Part shown: one piece after another, positions 47,768 to 62,448 of the stretch | Numbering within the stretch: the stretch's first letter is position 1 | Layout of the letters: the number at the start of each line of letters is the position of its first letter | Assembly: GCA_964016885.1 (NCBI GenBank) | Contig: OZ024740.1 | Coordinates: 91,450,001-91,514,000, forward strand | Direction: 5' to 3' | Length of the DNA stretch: 64,000 nt | DNA from: Eledone cirrhosa | Lineage: Eukaryota | Position numbers and translations under genes: made by a program | The notes under the pieces: model-generated | Databases searched by the model: none | What the model was told of the DNA's origin: nothing | What the model saw: only the letters and a program-made list of their open reading frames with translations

Positions 47768-49973
47768 CTACATTTTAAATTTAAATTTATATTTAAACGT
47801 TGAGTTTAATCTATGTTTGCAACAACTGAATAAATTTGTCCGTAGATTAAGGGAATTTTTAGATTTTAGTATAAAGAATATCTGTCTGCGCAGAGGTCAC
47901 ATGTCTCAGAGGATGAATTAAAAGGAATCCCCCTTGAGACTATATTCCAAGCCGTCGAATATCTAACGTTATCTAGCTTAAGTTGCCAGAGTACGCCTGA
48001 TAGTGCCGTTGAAGATTTTTTACTTGGATCTGTGAAAGAATTCTTGTGGTTATTATAGCGAAGTTTAAATTCCGTCGATGTGGAATCGACGTAGTTAAAA
48101 GAATTAGAGTCAGTATTAACATTACTATATTTTTAACTAAGCAGTTGTTATTTAACGGACATTTAGATCCATCTCTACAGTTACATTTGTTAACTTGTAT
48201 ATTATTTATGCTATTATCACTAGGTTTTAAGTTCCTATTATTTATTCTCTTAATATTTTGTGCTAAATTTTTGGTGGATGAGTAGGTTAATTTAATTGTA
48301 TGCCTATTGAAAATTGAGTGATACCTATGTGTTCTAGGGAAGCGATTATCAAGAGCTTTGAAAAATAATTTAGCGATGTGGGTTTTAATGTTTAGTGAGA
48401 AAGGGGGGGGGGGGGCAAACCAAATTATGTTCCTAGTTCTATTTCTTTTTTGGCCTTTGGAATTATAATGCTTTCTATTATAGTTGTTAATGTTGTTGCC
48501 GTAATTAAAAAAGTTGTTACTTTGTTTAGTTTGTCTATCATTATCTATGTACACAATCTTATCAGCATATCCTGCCCTAGCTAATGCTTCATTATAGTAT
48601 TGGGCCTTTTCGTCGAAAATCTTTCTATTCGACGAGATCCTAGAGATACGTTTTTGAACAGAGTTTACTATAGTGTTTTTGACAGATCTGGGGTGGTTAG
48701 AGTTAAAGTTGACATAGTTTAAGTTTTCATTCAACTTGTGAAAAGGATAGTGGAGACATGTGTTGAGATTTAATGTTATATCTAGGAAATTGACTATTCT
48801 ATGGTTGTTCTCAATTTCTATTTTAAGGTTAAAGTAATTAAAAAAATTTGTAATTTGTTTACATTTTCTATTTAGTTCAGGGTTATTATTATTAATAAGT
48901 AAAAGCATGTCATCCCTATATAAACCTCCGGTAGTACCAGGTATTTTCCTATGTAGCGAATTGATTAAAAGTAAGCCCACAAAGTCAGTTACCTGAGCTG
49001 AGTCGGAAGATCCCATAGTTATGTCAAAATTGCTATCTCTATCTGCTCTGGTCCATAATTTGTCATTAAATTCTATCAAAGTTTTCCTAGCCGATAATAT
49101 AATATGCATTTCTTTGCTAGTTAGGTCAGTATGTTTGAATGCGTAATTTAGTGCCTTATTTAGTAGGCTAGGGGTAATAGAAGAATAATAGTTAGCTATA
49201 TCAAGTTGAATAAACCTATTATTATTGTTATATTTAATTTGCCTAAACCACTCAACAACCTCTCCAGTTCCCTTCCACAAGCTCAGGTTAGATACACAAT
49301 CCAAGTTCTTAATTTACTGTATCACCCTGTCAAGAATGTTTTTGCTTAATTTGCCCAGGTCCGATTTTGATGGTGCGATCAATCTAACTGGCAGGTCATT
49401 TTCAAAATTCCTCTTGTGATCCTTCAAATTGATCTTCGGTTTCCTGGGCACGAAAGGTTGTGTTCTGTTCTCAATTTCCAACTCGTGCATTATACAAGAT
49501 GCTTCGACATTCATTTTCTCAAGTTCGGCCTTATCTGCTACCTTGTACTTTTTTCTCAGCTCTTTCAGTATGAGGTCATTATACATGTCTTTCTGCACTC
49601 CATAAAGGTTGTTGGTCTTGTCAGATTTCACCAAGATCTTCTCAGTTTTCTCTAAGCTCTCAATGTTATCCTTAATGCCTTTCAGATATTCCTGGCCTTT
49701 GAAGTTTCTCTTGAATTTGACCCCTTGTATGATAGAAATTATATCGTTTTCAAAGTCAGATAAAAGTTTGTTAGGGGGTGGATTTCTTTTAGATTTGAAA
49801 ACTTTGTTTAAGTCCGAGACATTTTCGTCTGCATTAGATTTATCAAAGTGGAATGCACGCCACCTGATTCTCCTTATAAAAGAGTCAGATTTATCTATTA
49901 ATTGTTTTATAAAGTCTTTGTTTCTAGGTAGAGGTATGTCTTTTAGAGATGAAGTAATCTTAAAGAATTCCAT
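47768..49973 (-). pseudogene. PLE RT + GIY-YIG pseudogene
   Basis: SDKT, LDIANYY, MGSSDS, YRDD, NFLDI and CNCRDGSKCPLNNNC present. In-frame TAA at 49314-49316. A ~10-nt deletion near 48126 removes the first EN motif relative to the copy at ~6340, and YVG has become YVD. Confidence 0.92.
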
Positions 49974-52900
49974 TTTTCAGTTATAATATAAAGCGCTCAA
50001 CAGTATTGGAGCAAGATACAAGGAAAGTTATATTTAAAATTGTTGGGTTACACCTAGTAAATATTTATAACTGAAATAAAAGCACTCGACAAATATTTGG
50101 AGTATATTTACAATATTAAATAAATGGAAACTATATTTATAAAACCATATTTATTTCATTATATATATTTCGGGGATATCATATTAACAATATGCTATGC
50201 CTTCCTCAGACAAAATACAATATAAACAGTTTTATAGATAAATAAATTCGACATACCGTTATAACACCGACTTGCATTTGAAGAGGTTAAGCTGGCAGTG
50301 AAAAAATGTTACACAGAGAGAAAGAAAGAGAGAAAAAAAGAGAGAAAAAAGAAAGAAAGACAGAAAACGAAGAAAAGGAAGAAAAAGAAGAAATGCATGG
50401 AACAAAATATAGAGATGGAAAGATAGATAAAGAGAAGAACTTCATGTAAAGAAACAGAAAGAGATATATATATATAGAGAGAGAGGAAATAGAGATAGAT
50501 ACATATATATATAGAAAATTAGGTAGTGGGAGGTCATTTTGAGTAAATGTATCAATGATACATTTATTTATTTATTTATTTATTTAGCTCTAGTATTAAT
50601 ATTGTATATATATATATATATATATATATAAACCAGAAACCGAAAAATCTATATATAAATTTATATAATTGGAAACATTATTTAATAAGGAATTATACTA
50701 ATTGCTGTACGTTTACTGAACATGTACATCCACGGTTTTTGTTTTTACAATGCTTCTTTGTCAGACGTTAGATATTAGATAATGGCGTCACATGTATGAG
50801 TAGATTACAATGTCAACGACAATGGAAATTACGTTGCCTGAGAATTCTTTTATTAGTTATAGTTTCTGTAAGAGTAATCAATAAGGAATTACGATCTGTA
50901 TTATTAATTAAGTAATATATGAGAGTTTCCTTTTTTTATTTTTGTTATTTTAATTTGTTTCTATACGGGCAGACATATTCATTATTTCTAGGAATTATCA
51001 ACAGTTATTTTTCTATATTGTAAAATAGTCTGCGATTAATGCTATGCGTACGTCTTTCTCGTCGGGTAAGTTGTAAGACAATATATATATTTTAAAAATG
51101 ATATAACATCAAAATAAACAATGTCTTTCCGAATGTGACATCTCGTAAATAGATGCAGTATCGCGTACCATGTTTGTAAGAGTATCGAGTAAATAGAAAT
51201 AAGTATGTGCTTGAAACAAGTCTCTCAATTATTCGAGTCGAATTTCTACTTTGGTTATGTATTTGATTTATGCATTATGCTCATGGAGTTCGATTTTTAT
51301 TTTCATAAATGTACATAATACATCCTCAGATATAGCCGCTGACTGCTTACATATTCATCTAAATAGTCTCTAGTCATCTTTTCCGGCATGGTTCACCGTT
51401 GCCCAGCCTTTGACATAAGACTATACTTATATGTTGTTTCCACCATATTCTTTTAGGTGCTACACAATAATATTTTAATCCAATCTCAAATCACCTTTAA
51501 TTTAACGTTTTAAGTGGAAATGTTATTCAAGTCAATTTTATAAATACAGAGTGTGTTTCGATGTGGGTATCAGAACGCTGTCAAGTGATCGCAATCATGT
51601 CATAACATTGATCGGAATGCTGCCAACTCACGAACGAATCCATGTGTCCATGTGTCCATGTGTTCGATCCCAAAACATATAGGAACATTTTACTTTGTTT
51701 TCCTGAGTGTTCACATGCAATCCAAAATATTTGCCGCATTTTCAATGAAAATTTATCATGGATATTTATGTGATATGTGTCAATGTTCTGCTTACATGTG
51801 TTGCATCAGTAAAGGCTCAAATTTATAAATTCACTGAATATTTCATTAGTTTTATTCGTGGGCATACATTGGTTTTATTTCTGTTGTATTCACGTTTGAT
51901 ATGCTTGTTTGCAGATGCAGTGGTGCCAAACGTTTGGTAAATAAAAGGTTTTGGGATCGTTGATATGAATTGTTTAATCCGGCTTAGGAGTAATATATTT
52001 CGATTATTTATTTTCTACATGTTTTAGTGTTTTGAATCACAAATAATTTTGCCGAGGTCTTTTATATCATAGTTCTTTATACTTGGAACACTAGTGGCAC
52101 GATAATGAAATTTGGCAGACGTTAGACCCTTGGTTGGAAAACATTTTTGCATTATAGATATGTTGCCGACCTCATCATTTTTCTGATGGATTCATCAGTT
52201 GTGCACAAATGCTTTACAATTTTGTACTTTTCTAGTGTTTGAAAATGTTCGAGAATCACTAAGACTATACCTATAAAGTAGGGAAGGGATAGAGGTATTG
52301 CAGATAGGTACTGTCATGGGTTTCCTCTTCACCATGTTTACTAATAACGAAGCAACAATCCGAAATGTATAAACACGTGATGCCATGTAATGATGTATTT
52401 AACATGGAAATGAAATGATTGCCAAATCAACCGTTGCCATGGAAATTAAAACTCATGCATCATATTGACAATGTTGTTGCTTGGGTTACACAGGCTGTAT
52501 AATAACATTTATACGACGCGAAAACCCAAGGAAATATCATTTTTTGCCCCCACCATCTCCTGTCATTTCCCTGGCCTCAATTAAAATATTCAAGGGAATT
52601 AAAATAAATACATAATCAAATTTCAGAGATTCATCTACTACCTTTAAAAAAGATATAGAATAACATTCATGATGGTTAATGGAGGTCGTGTTATGCTATC
52701 AAACGCTTTAGGTTTGTCAATAACTAATATTCCTATACATTTCGAATCACTGTTTTAGATTAGAATGGGATGCCAGAGACTGGGGTTAAGAAAGTCTTCA
52801 CCATCTTCACATATGCTGGTAAATAATATTCTTAATTTCTGGGCAAAAGCTTTCAAACTCCAAATTCGGTATGTTTATTCTAAGCAGGTTTTATGAATAC

Positions 52901-53405
52901 TTCTCGCTTAAGCTGAAGCGGTACTGTTAAACTCCTTTCTAAACTATGCGTCTAGGTCGGTAAACGGTATAAATATGGTACTGGGTGATTTTCTGACACG
53001 CCACCCCATAAATATCTGATACTTTGTTTGAATTAGAAAATATTTCAATTGTTGTTTTTGTTGTTATTGTTTGTCTTGATTTTATTTAGTCTATTCTTAA
53101 CATACATGAGGAATTTTACACAAATGTGTCCATCCTCTCACCAGAGATTTGTTACTTATTATATATTTTCTGTGTCTATCGTTGATTATGTTTCAGTTGT
53201 GTTAGATTTTGTGCACTATGTATACATTATATTTGCCATATAGAATATTTTATATGTTCGCATATTTACATTCGTAAATATATACTCCGGCATGATTTTA
53301 TACATGGATATTTATGAGTATGTTCTCAATATTTGTACCTTATACATACTTTTAATTCCTTCCATATCCGATATTGTTAGAACGTGCATTGCATTATATA
53401 TACGC

Positions 53406-53589
53406 GGTGGATTGGCAGTATCGGTAGAAGGTCGGACGCCATGCTTTGACGCAATGAGTTCCGGCCCTTGCCATTCTGAGTTCAAATCCCGCCGAGGTTA
53501 ACTTTGCCTTTCACCTTTACGGTGTCGATAAAATAAAGTACCAGTAATACACTGAGGTAATTGCTGGCCTTGTGCTAAAAGTAGAAACA
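53406..53589 (+). mobile_element. tRNA-derived SINE (same family as 44681) with 13-bp target-site duplication
   Basis: Homologous to 44681-44865; TSD attatatatacgc at 53393-53405 and 53590-53602. Confidence 0.85.
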
Positions 53590-54311
53590 ATTATATATAC
53601 GCATTGCTCATATCTGTCAGCAGAATCTCAGCTGACAATTGTAGACGACGATAAAATATATTTGAATATTCCACTACTTGCTTTGTGATATTATGTATTT
53701 TCCATATGTTTAGTTACGTTAGTTTTTCCACGTAAGTATTTGGAGCAGGCTAATAATTGTGGTTCAACTAGAGATAAAATATATTTAATTAAAGAATTAT
53801 CAACGTCACCAACCCCAGTGATGGAGGAAGGTGAAATATGACGAATAGAAATACCTCATAACTTAAATTACTAGACCATCCAAATTATAAATGAAATCAT
53901 TTGAGCCATAATGACGAGAAATTTATGTGAACATTGTTAGGCGGAAGACACATACATTTTCTGAGAATTCGGGAAAAAAATACAAACCTCATTGTTCACC
54001 CACTACTCAGAAAACCGATGTTCGCCTGAAGATACTCGACAATACAAGTGTTAGCTTTCTTCTGAAAATTTTGAACTAATGAAAAGCGAAAAATTACTAA
54101 GCGATGAATTTGCCTTTTCTTCAATTATATCCATTATATTGGCTATCAGAAGGAAAATAATTGCCTCATAGCAAGATATCAGATTGTTGTTGGTCAAATG
54201 TTGCACAATTGAAGAGAATAGCCATACTGATAAAAAATAGTCCGGTAATCTACGAAATCTACGAAATCTACGAAATTTACACCTTGATAAATAGCAAAAA
54301 AAAAAAAAAAA

Positions 54312-54342
<31 letters not shown>

Positions 54343-55295
54343 GAAATAAAGTAAATTAAATAAAATAATACTTTATTCAAGGCACGTTGAAAGTAATAAC
54401 ATGAATGAAGAGGGTTAATATTTAAAATAAATGTGTAGGTTCTACATAAATATAAAGTCACGTATGTGGTGGTATATATATATATATATATGACCATACA
54501 TCGTAATACTTAGCCATGCCAACAGTACTCCGCAGGTGGATTAGGGATAGGAAATTTCGTAAATTACATGAGGAGGACATAATGATTTCCTCAATGACAA
54601 GTCGAATTATATAGCGTCTGCAACTACATACATAAACGGAGCCATTTATCATAAATATATTTGAAGGAAATTTGATGTATATAAAATGAAAACAGTTTTA
54701 TTTTCCACATACAAAACGATATGTCAAAAATTCACATATAAATAAGGTATGTATGCTATACACTGGAGTCTATTTCTTTTGATACTGCGCTATGATACAT
54801 TGAAGAGACGAATTAAACATAAACAAACACAATTGTCACATTTCAGAAGTTTGGGCTGCTTGTACAAATATAACCGACAGGTGTTTCGTATCACTGATCA
54901 AACGATATATTGAATAGAATGTAAGTGCATTTGAAATGAATTCAATTTAAAACTCCGGATTAAACACACAGTCAACGACTGACGTCTGAACTTTATAGTA
55001 ACTCACGTGTGAGGATGGATGAACTGTATATACCGGAGGATATATCCATAAATCTATGTTAAAAACAAGCAGTATTATACAATAATGTATGACACAGATA
55101 TACTTGTCTGTTTGGAAATGTATGTGTCTCCATTATATACAGTAAATAATCTTAAAACAAACTACAATGACATCCCAATGAAGAACAACTTTTGTACTAA
55201 AATAATTCCACTAACAATATCAAAGTATGAAAAACATAACAGTTCAACAAGTATTTGCAGTTTGCATAATATCCCCATTTACCCCAACTAACAAT

Positions 55296-56900
55296 CTACA
55301 AAATATACTCTGAAACCAATACTGAAATAATAAGTAATATTAAAATATTCTTATATATACAAAAATAGTTACAACTAAAATATATTTCGGACAAATAATT
55401 CCACACCACGTTATATGAATTTAAATGTGATATGTTAAGTAAAATCTTACATCCGAATGTATTTATAGTTAAACAAAGCGAAAGTAGCATGAAATTAATA
55501 TTCGTGTATAGAGCAAGACCTAGTGTAATTATGGAGAAGAAAAATTGCATATAAGTATAAATAACTAAACTCGTGTGATGTTGAATATGAAATCTTCTAA
55601 TAATTGAAGGAGCAATAGAACAGCCAAACACTATCAAGATCAGATTATATTTACCAAAGAAATTCCAAAGAGAATTCACAAACTCATTAAAGTACATCGT
55701 ATATTATATAACAACATTTAATACCATGTAGTAAAACACAGATAAAATCTAGTAACAATTACAATAAAGAAGACGGCAGAAATATAATCCTTTATTCTTC
55801 TGATTGTGTATAATACATTAATCTAAATGTCTGAGGTAACCGGTGATATTATACATACAAATATCTTATAAACTTAATTACACAAATGTTCCTAATTTCT
55901 ACGCAAGAGAATTATTTGCATAGCATTTCGGATGGATACACAGTACATTATCTAAATTGGAAATGGACTACATTGAAAAATAGAAAAACTCCTCTCGACT
56001 AGAATAGAAAACCGAATGGGAGTTCATCGCAGCAAAATTACAAACCATCCCATGAAAACATGATGATGCAGATTATAAAATTACAATCTTTCTTCATCTA
56101 TGCCGGATGTCCATTTTGCTGGATAGCTGAGGTTAAGAAAAACAATATATATTGAAGCTTCAAAGTATCTGAGGTTTTGTAAGCTATGATGCATATGGGG
56201 TTGCAGTAATACACACATAAAAAGCCCCAAAGAAATTCGCCATAAAATATTTTAGTTAATGAGAGCGTTATATTTCTCTATTATAAACTTACACACATAA
56301 AGAGCGAAGTATTGTCAAACTACAAATATATTATTGCCATGTATGGAACAACCATGTACTAATGGATGTATCATTTCTAATGGAAAGAAATATATCTTTC
56401 ACAGAAATTGAGCTGAAAATATAGATATCCATAATGCTAGGTTTGAAAAATATCTCATGAAAAATTATGTACTAAGGATACCGCATACAATAAAGATATT
56501 ACTGCATTTCTTCACATTAGCAACAAAAAAAAAACATTTATATGAATACAACACATAATCGTTAACATAAAGATATATATACAATGACGGTTATTTTTAC
56601 ATTATGCCCATAAGTTCCGTAAACTAACGAATCAAGATGTTATTGATGTCATTTTGACAACCAGTACCTGATACTAACGTCAATTTATGGTTTACCTGCA
56701 TTACAAGTATGTAGGATATACGCAAGAAAACAATTAGAATCGGAAACCAAAACCACAACAAATAATCTCCAAAATAGGAACGCATGTTCACTACCAAAAT
56801 AATCATACGTAACAACAACATGTGCGAGCAATAGAAAGTGTATAATAGTCAATGTACTACTGCAATCCCCAATAATTTGACAAAGACTTGAGGGTCGGAC
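55296..56900 (-). pseudogene. Possible decayed intronless multi-pass membrane protein gene (uncertain)
   Basis: 133-aa hydrophobic ORF plus broken hydrophobic frames upstream on the same strand. T-rich composition alone could produce this. Confidence 0.2.
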
Positions 56901-57588
56901 AATCAAGAACATTTAAACAATCCTTGCATCGCAGATGCTCGTTTATGCTTTTAGTATCATGTTCAACACCCACATACACACATACACCACACGCGCGCAC
57001 ATACACATACACACGCACAAACGCACATACACAAACACACACACAAACACACACACATGTATATATATGTATATATAACTCACTAAATAACTCTAATGTG
57101 AGCACTCAGAAATTAAAGATACAGTTTCACAAGATTATGTTCTCATTGACAGAATCATGGACGGAAATCGCTGAAATAATTTCGGTCACTTTCGTAATTA
57201 ATTTTTTTATTATTTACTCACTACATTGACTGAGTTGCTCATGAATTAGGTTAGACTATTCTTATATTTCTATGTATTGAATATTCACTCATTGTTGATT
57301 GTTTGATATTATATTGCAAGTCAGCCATTACATGTGTATATTTCTATGCGGGTATATATATGTATGCATTGACTTCTATATCGGGGGAAACACCGTGTTT
57401 TCTCCAATCGGTACACTTCTTAGTGTCTCATGTATATATACATATATATATATATATCAATATATATAAAACTGTTGTTGTCTGTGTGTGTGTGTGTATG
57501 TGTGTCCCCCCTCATGTTTGAATGTATATACATATACACACACACACACACGCATATATATATATGCATACACACACACACCCACCCC

Positions 57589-57709
<121 letters not shown>

Positions 57710-57792
57710 AATAACAGGAGGCTGGACTGGTCTAATGACTGATCTAATGACTGGACTGATCTAATAGAATAATAAACCTTCAAAGGTTTAGT

Positions 57793-57850
57793 ATACTATG
57801 ATAATTTCAATGACCGGATTCCATATGAATCCGGTGATATCATCAGGTAT
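57793..57850 (-). ncRNA. Type I hammerhead ribozyme motif
   Basis: atac-CTGATGA-tatcaccggattc atat ggaatccggtcatt-GAAA-ttatca-TA-gtat. Confidence 0.65.
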
Positions 57851-59701
57851 TAGAATATAACAAAGAATATGTAAAAAAACCATGGGTCCGAAAAATCAGA
57901 GACAGAGACAAGAAGGACGACTGACCAACTAGCTGCTCGGCCAGTCGCTCTCAAAGTGTTGGCAACTGAATCTACTAATGAACATATGGTGAGGAGGCGA
58001 AGGCTTATAATGCACTACCACGACTCCGTCAAAGAAAAAGGGGAAGAAAGAAAGAAAGGGAGAAAGAAGTCAGTGTAAGGGTCACACTACATTCATGTTA
58101 GAAAATGCCGCGAAAAAATGTTACTCCAAATAATTTATAATGGTGTCTGTATGGTCTAATGTGTGAACCGAAGATTGGAACGTTAAACTTACGTTGCGAG
58201 TTATAGGATGAAATTAAATTAAATTAAAAATATTAAATTGCAAAATGATACTATGAAAAATAAGTTATTAGAGAATTAAAGGGTAAGGTAGCGAAATTTA
58301 TTTATTTAATGAACTTACGGAGAGAGTCTTATATGAACAAATTTATCTCGATAAGATATTAGGATGGGATATAGAGTAAAGATTTCGATTGGGGGTCCCA
58401 GCCAGCACCCCCGCCCCCTTCTCAGCATGAGTCAGCCAGTCCCGAGTGGTATCGTCCAGGGAAAGAAATGGAAGTTAATTTTTCCGAGTACTCAAGGAAC
58501 GTAGCTACCTCAGCCCCGAGAGCGCTAGCGGGAACTCCACAACTTTGACAGGCCATCGTTTATACCAAACGAATACTATTATATCACATATGAGGGGTTT
58601 ATTTACGTGCCAGTAACGGCATGATACAGCTAATAGTTATGCCTAAACCAGGAGTTTATAGGTATAAGTATAATGTGGCGGACAAAACCGGCGGCGCGGT
58701 GGGACTAGGGCAAAGCCATCCGTTCCGTGTAATTTTGTTTACCGAAAGAAGAGAAATTTATTTTTCCGAGCACTCAAGGAAGGCTGAACTTTCCGAGTGC
58801 CCAGCGCGCAGCCGGGAAAAGCCATCACACAAGTCGAGGGTAGCAACCCAATGAAAAGTGCAAATAGACCAAGATTATTTTAAAGTCCCAGTTATTCCGG
58901 GTTATAAGTAGTGTGGTTCTCAGGTGGGTAGTGGGCTATGAAAGATGCATATTGACCTGAGTAAGGAAAGTTACAGACAAAATAATAAAACAGCATACAA
59001 AGATAAAATACAAATATAAAGCTAGAATACATTGATAAAAATACATTAATAAAATAATCCAAAAATAAACAAAATAATACAATAATAAAAATATACATTA
59101 ATGAAATAATAAAAAAAATCATAAAGGTAAATAAGAATCAATATAGATCAAGTTGTAGTAAGATAATAGAGGTTGTACATATAGATATAGATATAGAGGA
59201 TGGAGGAGATGGAATGGTAACAAGTTGTACCTAGTGTAAAGTTCGGGTCTCCGAATTCAGTGTGAGTCACAAAAAGTCCTGAGGTATAGAGTAGAGAATT
59301 CAGACAATACACTAGATGTTTTAGTATACTACGTAGAGTTTTGTCGGAATCGCAATCATCCCGATAAGGAAGTAGTATCAGGTGGCGGTAGATAAGGCGC
59401 AGAGCAGCCACAATCCGAATGGTAAGTAGATCAGTTAATGCCATGATGGCAATAGCTCTACACTGAAGTCAGTGCCGCTGTTCAATATTATATATTGAAG
59501 TACTCAACATTATTGGAGAATTATTTCTTTAGGTTTGTTGGTTCACCACTGGATAGAACTGGTCATTCCGTATGGACATTCGGTATGGTCAATCCTTTTG
59601 AGGGCGACTGGCCGAGCAGCTAGTTGGTCAGTCGTCCTCTTTGTCTCTGTCTCTGATTTTTCGGACACATGGTTTTTTACATATGCCTTTGTTATATTCC
59701 A

Positions 59702-59759
59702 ATACCTGATGATATCACCGGATTCATATGGAACCCGGTCATTGAAATGATGATAGTAT
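59702..59759 (+). ncRNA. Type I hammerhead ribozyme motif
   Basis: atac-CTGATGA-tatcaccgg...ccggtcatt-GAAA-tgatga-TA-gtat. The consensus of three copies in the window gives palindromic stem III ATGATCAT. Confidence 0.65.
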
Positions 59760-60019
59760 AATAAACCTTTCAAGGATTTACACCAGCCCAGCCTCCTGTT
59801 ATTTTATGTTATCTATAATTAACTCCGTATTCGCACCACCAACTACACAAACGAAGATGGGTGAACTGCACTGCGTTGAGTACTCTTCACAATATTGCAC
59901 CAAGATTCACCATACGGAATGACCAGTTCTATCCAGTGGTGAACCAACAAACCTAAAGTTATATATATATATATATATGTGTGAGTGTGTGTGTGTGTGT
60001 ATCTGTGTGTGTATATATA

Positions 60020-60570
60020 AATATTGACTTTTTTAGTTAATTCTATTGACTGATTAATAGCTTATGTTAATGTTAAAACTATTCTGTCGAGAGCTTAATT
60101 CGTTTTGTGATACTTTGCAATTTTGCAATAACCACGCATACTGAATTCATCCCCCAAAACTAGGGGTTCTCTTCCTTCTGACCCAGCACGTGGGTTTAGA
60201 TAACGGTCAGTTCCTTAGCTTTGCATAGTACAAAATGCCTGTTGAAAAAGTGACTTCCTTGTTCGATCATCATACCAAAAGCTTAACATTATTTATTTAA
60301 GCAGACAGTACCTGATTTACAAGTTGCAGAAACCCCATATTGGATTTTATCACCGTTTCCTAGTTGGTCCGGGTATATTTTTCAATCATATTTTATTATT
60401 TGACCCGAATAGCTTGCGGTTAATTGTTTAACCATCGTCTCAGTGTGTTTGGCCTTTTAACTTATGTTTATTGCTCTAGTTCACTTGTTTCTATTGAACG
60501 CTTGCCACACATGTTGGAAGTTGTTTTTCGCTAATTTCTATTAGCCGAAATGCGATTCTCGCTAGTTTAT
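60020..60570. repeat. Diverged copy of the 13790-14390 repeat family
   Basis: Shared blocks and terminus gccgaaatgcgattctcgctagtttata. Confidence 0.6.
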
Positions 60571-60582
60571 ATTTGTACACAC

Positions 60583-60636
<54 letters not shown>

Positions 60637-61324
60637 GTACATTGTAGGTCGCTTTAACCCGCCATTTATTATTCAAAAAACTTCTTGCCAATAAACATTA
60701 ACCCCTGTCCGCCATTCATCGAACTGTAGACCAACAAATACCAATTAAACGGAGCGTTGACAAGAAGGATGGCAAATGAATCTTCGAGGTAAGCAGTTTC
60801 TTCCCGAGCTGTTAGTTCAAGTGGGATTCTCTGCTACACCTACCTGTTCGTAATAATACCGAACAAAGTACTGCTGGTCTCTCTTTCCTCCAAAAGCCGT
60901 ACAAAGCGGAGATGTGCATCGTGTAGATGGATCGGGTGCAAATCTACACCAGGCCTACACCAGAAATTCGCAAGGGACTGCTCCGAGAGGGATAGTGCGA
61001 ATGAACTTTTGAGGTAAGTAGACTACGCCTTAAGGCTATGGCACTGGAACCTTGTGCCAACTTAACCTGTGACTATCACTTTGAAATTTACTCCAAAAGG
61101 CCAAAGTAGAGAAGTATGAAAAGAAGGGGCTCAACAATAATCCTATGAACAATGCACGTAGACAGCTAAACTGTACAATCAACTTCTTAATTTTCTCCAA
61201 ATAAAGCAAGTTTCCTGCCGGTACATTTTCATGAGTTTTTAACAGGCACTCACAAAGAAACGTTTCTCATTTGAGGTGTTATTAGCAATATTCTTACCCG
61301 TGCAACACCGGGATATACTGCTAG

Positions 61325-61384
<60 letters not shown>

Positions 61385-61391
<7 letters not shown>

Positions 61392-61880
61392 TATATATAA
61401 ATATAAATTTACCGAGAATCGCATTTCGGCGGGTAGAAATTAGCGAAACGTAACTTCTTATTGTGTTGACAAGCGCTCAATGGATATGAAGATACAAGAG
61501 CTATAAACTTAAGTTTAAAAGGTCATACAAACTGAGACGATGGTTACCCGGACCATCGGGGAAGATGGTATACTCCGATATAGGGTTTCTGCGACACCTA
61601 AATCAATAATTCTGTCTGCTTGTAACAGAATAAGCTTTTAGTATAATGATCGAAAAAGGAATCGGTTTCTCAACAGGCATTTTGTTCTTCGTGCGCCAAA
61701 ATCTCACATGTTGTGAAAGCACATGCGAGGTTCTAAGGGGAGAAAACTCCCATGTTGGCCAGTGAAATCAGCACGTGTAGTTATTGCAAAAATTTGCAAA
61801 AATAGCGCAAAACGAATTCAGCTCTAGACCGAGTGGTTTTTAAAATAAACTTAAGCCATTAATCAGTCAATATAATTAAT
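61385..61880. repeat. Inverted diverged copy of the 13790-14390 repeat family
   Basis: Begins taaatttaccgagaatcgcatttcggcgggtagaaa and ends attaatcagtcaata. Confidence 0.6.
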
Positions 61881-62386
61881 ATATATATATATATATGAAA
61901 TATATAGAGAAACACGCAGATACATGCGGACACATACATACACATGAATATATCCACATATATCCCTGAGTTAGTGGTACCAAACTCAACCGATGTTGCT
62001 CTATGAATAACTGGGACAAACCAATCCGAATGGATTATACTGATTCAGTATCAGAGCTATAGAATACATTATGAAGAGAGAAGAAACATTAGATATACTT
62101 AGTAATAAGATATATCATACCTAAACTGCTTCAATAGTCCCCGACTACGTAGTTTCGTGGCATATTATGCAAAAACACTACATCATAGAGATATATAGTT
62201 TTTGTGAGGTCTGCCGACTTATCAAGAGGATATCTCTTTAAGGGTTTCAAAACACGTCTGTGATGCGCGAGATAAAATCTCGAAAAGGCGGAGGGGAAGT
62301 CAATCACGTGAGATAGCAGTCAAGAAACAGAGCTAGGCCCCTTATAACCCTGAACAAAATATGTATTTTATAAATATATACAAAAC

Positions 62387-62444
<58 letters not shown>

Positions 62445-62448
<4 letters not shown>

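Larger units (their letters stand above)
46127..50600 (-). mobile_element. Full-length pLTR-ORF-pLTR Hydra-like PLE (family B), inactivated
   Basis: Direct repeats 46127-46705 and 50022-50600 (offset 3895) flank a single RT-EN reading frame; (TA)n on both sides. Confidence 0.92.

Noticed and set aside
49314-49316. In-frame stop as possible selenocysteine recoding (as in some Naiad PLEs)
   Set aside because: The codon is TAA, not TGA, the element has other lesions, and the domain order is RT-EN.
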